Under the pieces are notes generated by a model. It was not told where the DNA came from. It did not search any database and saw nothing but the letters and a program-made list of their open reading frames with translations. A DNA stretch of 64,000 nt from Amoeboaphelidium protococcarum X5 (Eukaryota; Fungi; Aphelidiomycota), in the NCBI GenBank assembly GCA_023515725.1, contig JALDTO010000251.1:558001-622000 (forward strand), in the 5' to 3' direction. Position numbers and translations under genes: made by a program. Positions 25,103-36,374 of this stretch are shown piece by piece. Position 1 is the stretch's first letter; each line of letters opens with the position of its first letter.

Positions 25103-25963
25103 TCACAATTTAGCTTACTCATTGCGAAGTAGCCATTATGTATATGGTACCCATAGAGCCTCCTTGTTAGTGTCATAGAAAAAGCCCATATGATCTACGC
25201 GTTTCAGCCCGACATCAGCGGGAGTCAAGTATCGTAACTGAGGCTTTCTACCTGGCTAGTCACTGAATAAGTCCACCCAGGATTTAAATGCTTTGTAATG
25301 GCATAGATGATCATCTGAAAAGCACAAACTGAGACTTTCAACACGGAATGCCTTGTATGCAGCATTAATCTCCGGATCCACTGTGCAATACTCTTTAAAG
25401 CGAGACCACCTTGACCAATCATATCCTATACCGCTAGGGAGATCGTCACATAAGTTAATTTTACTCGCTGGGAAATAGCCGAGTAGTTTAGTAGTCGCTG
25501 CAACATAATAAGGAAATGCCAATAATGACATTCTAGATCGAGCATATCGCCAGTGTGCAGAGTTGGCGCCCACAAATAAGACACGTCGAACTTTGTTAAT
25601 ATACGGATTCATTGGAGTAATATGGCAACCTACAGAGTGACAAACCATATAAAGAGGTGTTGACGGATATCGGTCAATTAAGAACTTGGTCACCGCTCCT
25701 TAATCTATGACAGCCCACGACGTTCTGATGTCAGCATGAATTGCAGTAAGCCCATTATCCGGTATAGAATCTCCCACGCCGCGATAATCATATATAAGTA
25801 CAGCGCAACCTTACTCCATCAGGTACTAAGCATATCGTCTGTAAAATAATCGCTTAACTCCAGTCGCAGATTAAATTAACACTACTGCTTTTAATGCATT
25901 ATCAGGTTCAAACAGTGTCGCCGATAAAGGAAATCCGGCAGCATCAATTGTAAGATGTTTCAT
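25103..25963 (-). CDS. Predicted alpha/beta hydrolase of bacterial COG4757 type with C-terminal AKL (PTS1)
   Basis: SATGVKRLFYRRYA, YDYRGVGDS, nucleophile elbow CHSVG, DLPSG..DWSRW and VDHMGFF. Ends EQAKL*. Confidence 0.8.
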
Positions 25964-26299
25964 TGCTCTATTTTACAGTAAACTATGAATTACTTAACAA
26001 TTCACTTTAATCGCTGTTGAAATCTAAATGGTGGATATGAGATTACGCAGCTACAAAGTAGTTAAAAGAACGCTTGAAACTGATTACTAAATCTCGTAGG
26101 CAAGACGCGCTCGGCTTCTACTGCTGAATCGAGGCGTGAAAATCAGTTAGGTACAGCTCCAAGTCGAATTGACAAACCGAAGAAAATCAGTCAAATTTAG
26201 CTCAAGAATATATAAGCCGCGTCGCTTCAACTCTCTCTCTCTTCTTCTCCTTTCAATAAGATCCATCCTTTGTGGTGAAAAATCATGAAATGATTTGAT

Positions 26300-26505
26300 G
26301 TACTAGTTCAGAAATTATACGCGCCTCTCATCTTTGTGAGAGTTGAGCGCGATAATATGCTGAAAGGAGCAGCCACCTTGTTACATTTGGCTCCCAAGAA
26401 TCATGATCATGGCCGTGAGATTCAGTACTTACCTATTAGGTGTTGAATCTCATGTGGGTATCGTTGATCTCATCTATAGTATAGTGGATGAGGTTGTTTA
26501 CATAA
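26300..26505 (+). ncRNA. Candidate multi-hairpin structured RNA ending in ACA
   Basis: Consecutive stems TTCAG..CGCGC..CTCTCA/TGAGAG..GCGCG..CTGAA, GGAGC/GCTCC, TGAGATTCA/TGAATCTCA and CTCATCTA/TGGATGAG, then ACA at 26500-26502. No long ORF seen. Confidence 0.4.
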
Positions 26506-26506
26506 A

Positions 26507-26611
26507 GATTGAAATGATGATTTGAATGGTATATAGATCTCCGATCGACAATGACGAGATTACCGACGTGGAGTCGCTGCTCCACAATGGAAAGCCAGAG
26601 AAATCTGATCT
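26507..26611 (+). ncRNA. Candidate box C/D snoRNA
   Basis: Box C ATGATGA (26514-26520), D' CCGA (26541-26544), C' ATGACGA (26551-26557), box D CTGA (26605-26608) and a short terminal AGAT/ATCT stem. Confidence 0.55.
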
Positions 26612-26732
26612 ACTCTTTTCAAAGTTTCTTCTACATTTCCACCCATTCTAGTTGATTAATACAACGCGTGCATTTAACCACTTTCAGGTTCGTTTTCAGC
26701 TTAAGAAACTCCCGTTTATCCATACTTTAGTA

Positions 26733-27299
26733 ATGAAAGTTGGATTTCTTGGCCCGCGGGGTACATATTCTTAGCAAGCTGCGTTGGAGCTGTTTAGAGA
26801 CAGATAGGATGTATAGTTTGAAGAGGCTCAGTCTATTCAGGACGTGTTTCGACTAGTGCTTTACGGCGAAGTTGATCAAGGCGTAGTTCCGTATTACAAC
26901 TCCCAGATTGGTGACATTGAAATAACAAGGAGATTACTGGAGTAATTTAAAGATGAATTGGTTATTGGTGGAAGCAAAGTGACGATCGCCATTAATCATT
27001 GCTTACTGAGCCAGCTTAAAGATGCTACTGAGATCACCTCAGTCTACTCCCATCCAGAAGCTTTTAAGTAGTGTCATAGATTTCTGGCGTCGCATTCCGA
27101 ATGGAACGTTGTTGAATGCTCAAGCACTGCACAGGCTGCTCTCAAAGCCAGCGAGACGCGTAACTCTGCTGCGATATGTAATAAAATATGTTTGGACATT
27201 TATCCATCGCTTTAGCTGATTAGTGAAGGCATTCAAGATGATGGCAATAACAGAACCACGTTTATAATTATTTCAAAGCAAATTATTGTAAGCACGTGA
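26733..27299 (+). CDS. Prephenate dehydratase catalytic domain only (no ACT domain), divergent motifs
   Basis: MKVGFLGPRGTYSQQAA...GVVPYYNSQIG...INHCLL...VYSHPEAFKQC...STAQAA...IQDDGNNRTTFIIISK. Confidence 0.85.
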
Positions 27300-27332
27300 A
27301 TATGTAATGTAATACACAATCCGTTCACAATA

Positions 27333-29594
27333 TCATTTCATCTCAGTCTTACGCTTTGACTTAAAGAATCTAGTAAGAGTGATCATTGATTCGCCAAAAG
27401 TCTCTGGTCGATGCATGTTCGTCGTCATCCAGTGAGGCAACTTTTTAACAATCTTTTCGTTATCATACCTTTAATCAACCAGGACTATGGCAGCATAATC
27501 ATTTTTATGTCTAATGGCTCTCCCTATTGACTGATTGACGGCTTTCATACACAGATTCTCATAATACTCTTTGCCACTGATGCCTCGAGGATTGGAACGC
27601 TTCTGATTATCCAAGTATGCCATTTTGACTTGAATTTCCACACTAGCAATAGAAGGATACGGTAGTCCAACCATCTATACACAACGACATAGTTCATCTT
27701 TAAAATTGATGCCTTCCGACATTTTGCCACCAACCACACTAAATAAGATTGCGCCTTTCTAAGACAATGCAGATTCTCCATATGATTTAAACACGCTATC
27801 GAGGTCCTACTGCAACTTTGGCTCTGTAAAGATATTCTTCTTTCTGCTCAGTCTATCCATAAACTTGTCTTTAGTCCAAGACGCCAAAATACTGTCCATA
27901 GTGCTGTAAGACGGGAAGAAGACTACAAGGCCATTAGGGACTACACTTGTCAGATTGTACAGTGTGACAAAGAGCTCCTTAATCATTGCCTCATTACTAC
28001 GATTTTCATACGTGAAATTTAGTTGCTACTTACTAGGACCTTGTTTCAGAGATATCAAGCACAGATTATCAGGAGGGATAATGTGATCGCAGGAGAACCT
28101 GAAAATGTCATCATGAAACTCTGGAGGGATGATGCTCAAGTACTCATCCACAGGCTCCATAGTACCGCCAGCCAAGATGACACAGCGTGCCTCTCTCACC
28201 ACGTCTGCAAAGAGCTCTGATGGATTAAGAAGACAAAATTTAAACGAGTCCTCAGTCTTTATTACACGACCACTAGCAGATGGATAGGTGAGAGATTGCA
28301 AAAATCTAGATATCAGATGAAGCGGAGACTGATACTTGGAAGTATAAGCGTTCAGTCGCGCATCCAAATCTTGAGCCTGAGATTATTCCTAAAACTAGAG
28401 CACCTTAAAAGGCAATTTACTCTTCTCCAAGTACTCAATAATTCGATGTAGATTTAAATCTTCTAGCTTGTATGTCGACAGGAAATCTTCAATCTGGAAT
28501 ACTTTCTCTGTAGAAGAAGAACTAACACCATCAAACTCTTTCAGAAACTTGATCAGTTACTTTATATACACCGTATTGACACCTTATAATCGGGAGTGAT
28601 ACTTGGCAAGATACAATGCAAGAGACTACAAAGCAGCCGAAATATCAGTAAACTTGACTGGGCACTCTACAGTTTATGTTATAGCATCCAAAACATTATG
28701 CGCCTCGTCGATTACTATAATCTAATCTTTAATGTTGAGACCAGCTGCATCTCGAGACTACTTGGACAGAAGAAAATTATAAGGCATGGTGATGACTGTG
28801 GATGAAAAAATGGCCTTCTAACTTCCGTAATATGGACAGACGTGAATTCGCTTGCCATACTGAACCAATTCCTCGATATCTAATGGCTCACTCAGATCAG
28901 CATATTGCTAAAGTAATGTCTCATCATAGTATGAGCACTGCTCTTTCTAAATCAAATCTTTACACGCATCGTTCAGACGCAAAACATCATTAAACTTATT
29001 AACTTGCGGGTGGATGCAATAATTTTTTCTACTGGCCAGCGTCACACCTTTGACATTGTATCCAGTGCCGCGTAACTCATGTACGATCTAATTCAATTAC
29101 GAATGAGTCCTGGAGCAGAAAATCAATCTGATTTAATTTGAATCATCAGCAGGTTCAGGTTCATCTAGCAACTCATAGAGACGTCTAGCGCGCGCCAGAG
29201 AACTTTCTTCATAGTCTTCAGGCAGCAAATCATCATCATCTCCGACCAAAGTGTTATTTTCAACTTTCTTTACGCGCTTGATCGCATGTCTCAACTCGTT
29301 ACTTTGATTCTATGAAGTTGAAAGCTTTTGTTGTATAGCCAGCTTCTTTCGCTTTAGATGCTCAACTACCCAATCTTTCTCCCCTTGTAAATGCTCAGGT
29401 ATGGATCCCTATTCATCCATTATCCATTACAGGGTACCACAGAGCAGAGAGGAACTTTTGCCCGTTCCTGTGGGCGAGGCAAACAGGCCAACCTTGTGCT
29501 TGCCAATGCACTCATACAAAGCGTCCATCATTTTGACTTAAATATCATACGGCTCATACTATGTTTTATACAGTCTTTAAACAGTTACAGTCAT
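27333..29594 (-). CDS. CHL1: Fe-S DNA helicase Chl1/DDX11
   Basis: YEPYDIQ...[40 protein letters not shown] and [20 protein letters not shown]. Confidence 0.93.
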
Positions 29595-29798
29595 TCCTAA
29601 TTATTAAGCGAATATTATAGCGGATGGCAAGTTTTGTCGATATAAAATTGTTGGGAAAATTGAAGCGAATCACGAATCACAAAACATTTGAACAATCAAC
29701 TTAAATCTAACAGTCATCAATTTTAAATCGAAATATAAAGTTGAAATGTCCAAAAATAATATATACATCATTTATATTTTGAATATGACCAAAAAAGA

Positions 29799-29870
29799 CG
29801 CGTCATCACAGACTCGAACTGTGAACCATTTGATTAGAAGTCAAGTACGCTACCATTGCGCCAATGACGT
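29799..29870 (-). tRNA. tRNA-Arg(UCU)
   Basis: ACGTCATTGGCGCAATGGTAGCGTACTTGACTTCTAATCAAATGGTTCACAGTTCGAGTCTGTGATGACGCG folds as a cloverleaf with anticodon TCT. A1-C72 mismatch. Oligo-T terminator downstream. Confidence 0.85.
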
Positions 29871-29959
29871 TGCGCCATTTGTAGACAAATGCAATTTTCC
29901 AAGGAGTATTATAAAACAAGGCTAGATTAGCCCCTGATTTTGCACTTCAAAATGGTATC

Positions 29960-32020
29960 AAATACCACTATTTGGTATTATATTGTCCTCATCATATCCT
30001 GACATGTAACGATACCTAGCAGAGCCGAAAAATAGAAATCTTACTTGTTGTGGCCTTGGTCCAGCTCCAGACAGACTAGCCAGAACACCAGTTGCTTTAA
30101 TAATGAGTTCTACATCCGAGGCACACGCGTATCTATTACAATAGGTCCGAGAAGTAGAAAGTCTAAGTTGGCAGTTTTCTACCAAGGCAGATCAATCTTC
30201 AAGGACATATCCTCACATTGAATGGCGTTCAATGCCATGCCTTTAAACAATTCCAAGATCTCTGCGCAGCCTTTTAGAAGCCCCAGAGCTTGCCCGCTGT
30301 AAAGCTGGAATAGCCAGTTTGTTTGTTATTTCCTTTCAACTTTTGTCGTATAAAGCTGATTCTTATTCTAAGCGGCGCAGTCTACAAACTCTCCAAAAGT
30401 CAGCATGCCCATCGCTGACTTGGGGCTGCAGCCAACAACTTCGCATAAGCTTCGCAAAATCTTATGCAAGTCTCTCTAAAGCTGACCATTCTTGCCAGCT
30501 GACTTCTTTGAAGCGTTGTCGCATGAATAGCACCTAGTTGTAGGCAGATATACACCGCTTTGGGACTTTCTGTAGGCTCCAAAACAATCTGCATCGAATA
30601 TTGCCACCTATCCCTGGCTTACAATGGTTTTCTGCTTCCTAAATATACAGGAAAGTTCCTTGATCCAATGCTCGCCCATGGAAAGATTTCTAGGTCCAAC
30701 GCATTCTTTCGAATGAAGATTGTTGATGGACACCACCTTTGTCTAGTCCGCTGGCTTGGATATATTTGGTATTGTCTTCACAACCACCTCATTAGAGCCT
30801 TCTAATGCGAATCCAAGCATGTGGCCTTTAATAAACAGGTTTAAACTGCGCATCACAATCGAGATGCCACTCACAAAACTTCTCCATATTCCAACTGATA
30901 TCGCGTAGCACATGGTAAAATTGGCATTGACCATACTTTTAAATTTCAGCAAAGTAACTAAAAGCAACTCTATTCTAATACGGACTCGGATGATGCAAAT
31001 ATTTCATAGACGCGATGTAAAGCTACGATAACTCCTAACTCAAGCCAATTAGAGCAATCTTTCACGAATTTTTCAAGAAGAGAAGTATGACATTATACTT
31101 GAACAAATGATACGCCTCATTTCTTAACAGCAACACGTCATGAGCAGGTAACGCATCGCATTCTTGTTGTAATCAGTGAGACATTATTCTTGTTGTTAAA
31201 CTTGTGATTAAATTTCACTGATCAAATCTGTTTACATTGTAACTGGTGCCAACTACCACTACATCGCCATTCTATTGTAGCAGCCAAGCCATGTTAGGAG
31301 ATATTCAGGATATATATTACAATTTCTAATCGTTGTCTGTGTTGAATTAAAATTTCCAGTCACTAGTCACCTGCTTCTACTTCAAAAATGTCAAAATATC
31401 TAATGGCGACTCTTATATCCAGCAGGCGCGAACTTCTTCCTTTTGTAGTTAATCTACTAGTAACTTGCTTTGCATTGAATGTCAGCCTATGACAACTTAG
31501 TATTGACTACCTCCGTAATGTCCTTGGTGCTCAAACCAGCTTTAGATAGCAAGGCGACTTCTTCGTTAGTGCAGAATGTACTCGAATTACGCTTAGCCTG
31601 ATGACTAACATTATATACAGTGGATGTGACTCAATATCTCAGGAGGAATAGAAGTCATGATTATGCGAGCCTTGAACGATCGCAATTGAAAAATCATCCT
31701 CCGAAATGCACATTGCGAATGGATATTCCGTTAATTTCGTCTCTTTCTGGACATCACGAACTCCTATCTTCAACACCGGCTAACGTACACTGGGAAACTC
31801 GAATACAACTTTTTCTAATTCTACCAGACTCTTGCTATCTTAATAGCCATTCTTCTTAAGTAGTATGCCTCTAATTCCAGCATCATATTTGAATAGAACA
31901 TCGAAGAGCCTAGTGTTAAAGGAGGCCCTGTCCAGTCAGATATGAAGCAAAAAGGCATTGTTCTTGCTGGGATATCTCAAGATTGCTCTTTTATAAATCT
32001 TCCTGCAAAGGCGCCCATTA
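29960..32020 (-). mobile_element. Decayed Mutator-like (MULE) transposase
   Basis: FAR1/WRKY-like segment TKLTEYPF...IVQGSHNHD and MULE-like segment ISPNMAWLLQQNGDVVVVGTSYNVNRF (compare DxTYxxN). Many frameshifts and TGA stops. Confidence 0.6.
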
Positions 32021-32071
32021 AAAATTCTTGTGTGGTTTAGGTAGAAATCCAGCCTTGTGATGCAATTACAA

Positions 32072-32936
32072 TTTTTATCCTCCAATCACGAGAAAACAAG
32101 CGTAAAATATTGTGCGTATTTTACGCTTCTTTGTTTCACATTTTCGTTTCAGACGGGACGCGGTTAGAAACACATCGTGAGTAGAATGATAGTCTTGCTT
32201 TCCATTCTCTTTTACCATCCAACAGACTACTGACGGTCAATATACAATATGCAATAGTCAAGGTACGTGTTCCAAGAAGTGACTGGCGAAGATATGCTTA
32301 CTTTATTAGAGAAGGGCATTCCTAACAACACGAAAAGGCAAATGAGACTTGGTACAAAAGGTATAAGACTTGACCATGATAACCGTTGATCATAATACTC
32401 CATGGTTTGAAACATCTGTTAGCAAGAAATTACTGTCCATATCTTTGCAGAAGTTTGCTGTTGCTCAAAGAAAATAAAGGGGGCAAGAATACAAGGCTTT
32501 TCCCTTTGCCGTAGCAGTTCAGTTAACTGAGTATTAAAAGACGGAGTCTCGGATATCAAATAGTATGATGGCTCCGATTCTATCTAGAAAGCACATTATT
32601 ATGGGAACTTCTGCTGGCAGGGCTTGCTTAATGGCTACTCGTGATGAACTTTGCATAACAACAAAGTGACAGGGGGTCGTGTATTATTTCGGATGCGAGT
32701 CACGTGACGATGAATTAGCAAATGCACAATCAAAATCATGACAACTTCAGCGACAAAGTGATCCTAGCCGGAGACAGAAGTACCTATGATCTGACACTAA
32801 ACTTTAACTATTGAGACCCTGCATCTGAACTCCTTTAGAAACAATGAAAATGAAACTGTTTTTACTCAAGATAACACATATTTTACTTCCTTGTTTTCTC
32901 GTGCTTCGATTTGGGACGACAAATTTTTTATCCTCC
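32072..32936 (+). mobile_element. Crypton-like (tyrosine recombinase) relic with terminal direct and subterminal inverted repeats
   Basis: Internal ORF relic YVFQEVTGEDMLTLLEKGIPNNTKRQ...LSISLQKFAVAQRKQ(R)GQEY resembles the CryptonA/DUF3504 N-terminus. ~28-bp inverted repeat at 32087-32114 and 32875-32903. TTTTTATCCTCC direct repeat at 32072-32083 and 32925-32936. Confidence 0.55.
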
Positions 32937-33184
32937 TTATGCGCGGTGATAAATGTAAAACACAACAGCACGCGTGCAGTTTGATATTTATACTCACAAG
33001 TTCGTCTAAATATTTACCAATACTTTACTCACTGTGTTCATAAAGTATATTTTTCTATTTACCTCGCGTTGCTCGTCAAATAACGGACAGTTACGACACT
33101 CACTTCGTTCGTTCCGTAACTGGTTTCAGAAAAGTGCGCGAGCGTGGTGTTATACATTTATCCTCCGCTACCGCGTAGGATAAA
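32927..33184. repeat. ~260-bp foldback unit bounded by two TTTATCCTCC-spacer-GATAAA palindromes
   Basis: TTTATCCTCC ttatgcgc GGTGATAAA (32927-32953) and TTTATCCTCC gctaccgc GTAGGATAAA (33157-33184). Imperfect inverted repeat at 32948-32982 and 33130-33162. Confidence 0.6.
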
Positions 33185-33592
33185 CCATACAAATTGTTTC
33201 TTTCTTGTTGCTTGTTGAAGAAGGAAGAGGCACTCGATCAGCCGAACATTCAGCTGAGGCTGCCAAATTGAAAAATGCAGAGAATTTTGATTGAAACGGT
33301 TTTGACAAGTTGAGGATAAAAAAATGCTCTTATAGATTTGATATATTATTGCCTTTTATTTCTCTCAACACTTATCAAAGTTATTGAATTTCAACCCATC
33401 TACAAATGATTGATATTACTCCCATTCAATGACAAAGACTCTTGTGACCTTAGTCCTTCTTAGTATTAGTTCCAACGTATCATCAGCTAAGAGGCATCTA
33501 TATCACTAATGCCAGTGTCAGATGCAGTAACAGATTCAGAAGACGTGTTGGTAGACATAAGCACTTATAAAGTGGACCAAAAATATAGAATA

Positions 33593-33664
33593 CGCGCATG
33601 CACAGACTCGAACTGTGAACCTTCCCTTTAGGAGAGGGACTCGCTTCCATTGCGACACATGCGC
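33593..33664 (-). tRNA. tRNA-Arg(CCU)
   Basis: GCGCATGTGTCGCAATGGAAGCGAGTCCCTCTCCTAAAGGGAAGGTTCACAGTTCGAGTCTGTGCATGCGCG has a perfect acceptor stem and anticodon CCT. Confidence 0.9.
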
Positions 33665-33846
33665 CCGCGTTATTAATACTTGATCCAGGAGGACAGGCTA
33701 TATATACAATAGAAATAGAGTGGAAGCTAAATACAAAGACTAAGAGTCAAATAGAGACACCAACAGAAGTATAATAGATACAGATATGCTAATATGATGA
33801 ATACTCTATTAATACTTTTAAGTGGAAGAATTCAATGTTCATGAAC

Positions 33847-34014
33847 GGCGCGCACTTGAAACAATGTTGATCATCTAGGCCCCATAGAGTCTTCTGTTGA
33901 TACTTGATCGACGCGTGTGCTAACACAATTTGAATATTGCTCGTAGTCTAAGTGTCAACAGTTGGCCTTTGAGAGGCTTAAAAGATCAACACTATCAACT
34001 TTAAAAAGCGCGCC
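33847..34014. repeat. Long imperfect hairpin (~170 nt)
   Basis: Nested pairs GGCGCGC/GCGCGCC, TGTTGATC/GATCAACA, AGGCC/GGCCT and CTGTTGATACTT/AAGTGTCAACAG. Confidence 0.6.
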
Positions 34015-34199
34015 TCTCTCGCTAATTTCATTCCGAATAGGCAAGTACATGCAGTATATAGGCGCGCCTCTTATATCTATTAACTTCTTTCTATAAACTT
34101 GTTAGATATTGTTTTAGCCTACATACACGTATTTATATTCTCGTAGAAAAAAGATGGTATGAGCAATCTTACTGAACTTTAGTATGGAGACAAATCCTT

Positions 34200-36000
34200 T
34201 TTGCGGTAACCTCGTTTCCTTTATACTGTACATATATGACGGAAGGGGGTATTTAGTCATATGGAAGCTCCCCATTTAGATTATCAAAAAGATGAAAACA
34301 CATGTTCAGGTCAGTCGTTATATTTAATCCTGGAAAGAATTCACCTCCACCCAGGTGGCGTGACGCTGTCATACGTCAATCCACTCAAGCTTAAAAAGAT
34401 CTGTGCTTCGAATTTTCTCACGCTGAATGGCTTGAATCGCGTCCTGATGTTCCATTTGCGTTGATGCGCGGCAACTATGGTGGCTATGTTGACAACATTG
34501 CTGAGTCCTATCTAAGGCATTGTTGGGTGCAAGTTATGATGAACGTTTAGAATCGCGTCAAGGAGTACCTGGTCAATGAACTCTCGAAAGTGCCGGCTTT
34601 TCGCATCCTGAAACGCGCTAGAGTGGTGAATATTTGGATCGAGGCAATCGATAATAAGGTGCTCAGAGTCCTCGACTTGAATGATATGGTTTAATTGGTA
34701 AATATCGGCGACAGGCATCGTATCACGCAAGGATTCTGTGACTCTGTCAACAGAATCTACTCCGAGTTTTATCCTAGAGTGGCCAATCTACCTGGGACGC
34801 GTATTCTGACTGGTAGAAACGGTCACTTTTAACCTAACTGGCACAGGTGCTTGCGTCTGATGCATTTCCTTTAGTAATACAATTATGCGAACGGCCTTGT
34901 ACATTTTAACGTTGTCCCCGACGTGAAACTAAGGCCGTTCCATATCAAGTTGACGAAGGATCTAAGTCGCTCTAGCCGCCTCTTTGGTCCTACTGCACCT
35001 GAAAGCGTTGAAAGATTTCACAACATCTTGACTGTCCCTTAGTATATTTAAAATCGTGTCGAAACGACTAGATTCACGGATCTTTAAGTAGTGTCTCCAT
35101 CATGGCATGTTACCTCTCTTCTATACTGTCTGTTGTGCATATGGTTTGTCCTCAAGTCAGTGAAACTTAACACCTTCAATTAAGATGTCTACCATCTCAC
35201 TAATTCTTCCGTTGACATATTATCAGTTGCTGCTGATTAATAACTAGTTGAGAATCTAAATGTAGCGCCAATGGTATCAGACGCGACCAATTTATGGTCA
35301 GATTCATTAAGTTTCAGCCTTACTGTCTTGGTTTGGCGTTTCATTATATATCTTGACCAGCACGATGGATCTGTATCGGTGCTCGGTTCCTTTGTAAATC
35401 AGTGTCAACTGATGTTTGATATACATTCAATCGTCTTTGCCACGGACGATATCAAGATTAACACTATCGAATCACTCCTCACCTAGAAAGCTAGCAAGTA
35501 CTGTAGTATGATTCTATAATTGGAAATTCCTCTTAAGAAGTGCTGAAGTCTTTCAAAACTTTTATTGCTTGTTTCAAGGAGTGACTGTGTTCGGCTAGCT
35601 AAAGAGACTGCGTTGAGAAAACTGTAGGTAAGGCTCGATGACTTCCGCTTATACGGCAGAGTTTAGATATCTATCGTCTGCCTATGGGTGGAATGACCTT
35701 CTTTTGAAGTCTAAGAGTCTAAAAACTGATGTGCGTATCCTGATCTTGTCGGCTGATGAGCCTGATACTCTTCATAAGATGGTAAAGTTGCTTTTTACAG
35801 ACTCGACCGCGTTACACTGAGATAAAGACGTTGGATGTGTGTGAGTAGTCGTCATTTAAGAAGTGGTATTCATCTGCCGGATCTCTTCTGCCTCATCTGT
35901 CTTGGCTTTTATAGACTCTTCCTCCACTTCAGCTTGTCGTGATCCTCAGCCCGACATTATGGATATTGGCTATTTGAAGCGTGGGCCACTGTTTCCAGAA
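34200..36000 (+). pseudogene. Decayed, near full-length Fanzor1-like gene
   Basis: APHLD..HMFRSV...WLESRPDVPFA...YVDNIAESY...NVQNRVKEYL...NWHRCLRLMHFLQQY...FNVVPDVKLRPFHIKL, HDGSVSVL, RuvC-II-like LSADEPDT (35746-35769), CLIC (35889-35900) and RuvC-III-like RD/SADIMDIG across a frameshift (35938-35971). RuvC-I (DPG) not found. Confidence 0.55.
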
Positions 36001-36374
36001 GAACGTCACTGCCTGTTGGTCTAAAGACTGCGATTACACAGTCAATGCTCTGCACTTATCAAAAGTTAATTGCTCATTATCTTTAAGTAGTAGTTGATGA
36101 TAAGCACCTGAAGAGATTAATAATAAAAGTGCACTCTCTCCCCTTATACTCACTCGTCTGTCATAAAACTCAAATTTTTTGGGCCTGTAATTAAAGAAAT
36201 CGACGTACATTAGTCTCTCATTACTATGAGGCAACTCAAACTTGTACATAAGGTGATATCTTAAGTAGAGATAAGTCATAAAATCGGCTCAACAAAGATA
36301 AGAAAGAGGGAAGGCGCCAAATTAAAGTGAACCGTTATAATAGCAACTTACATAAGTGGAACACACCACAAGGG

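Noticed and set aside
26424-26436. TACTTACCT matching the U1 snRNA 5' end
   Set aside because: It is buried in a hairpin and not followed by U1 stem-loops or an Sm site.
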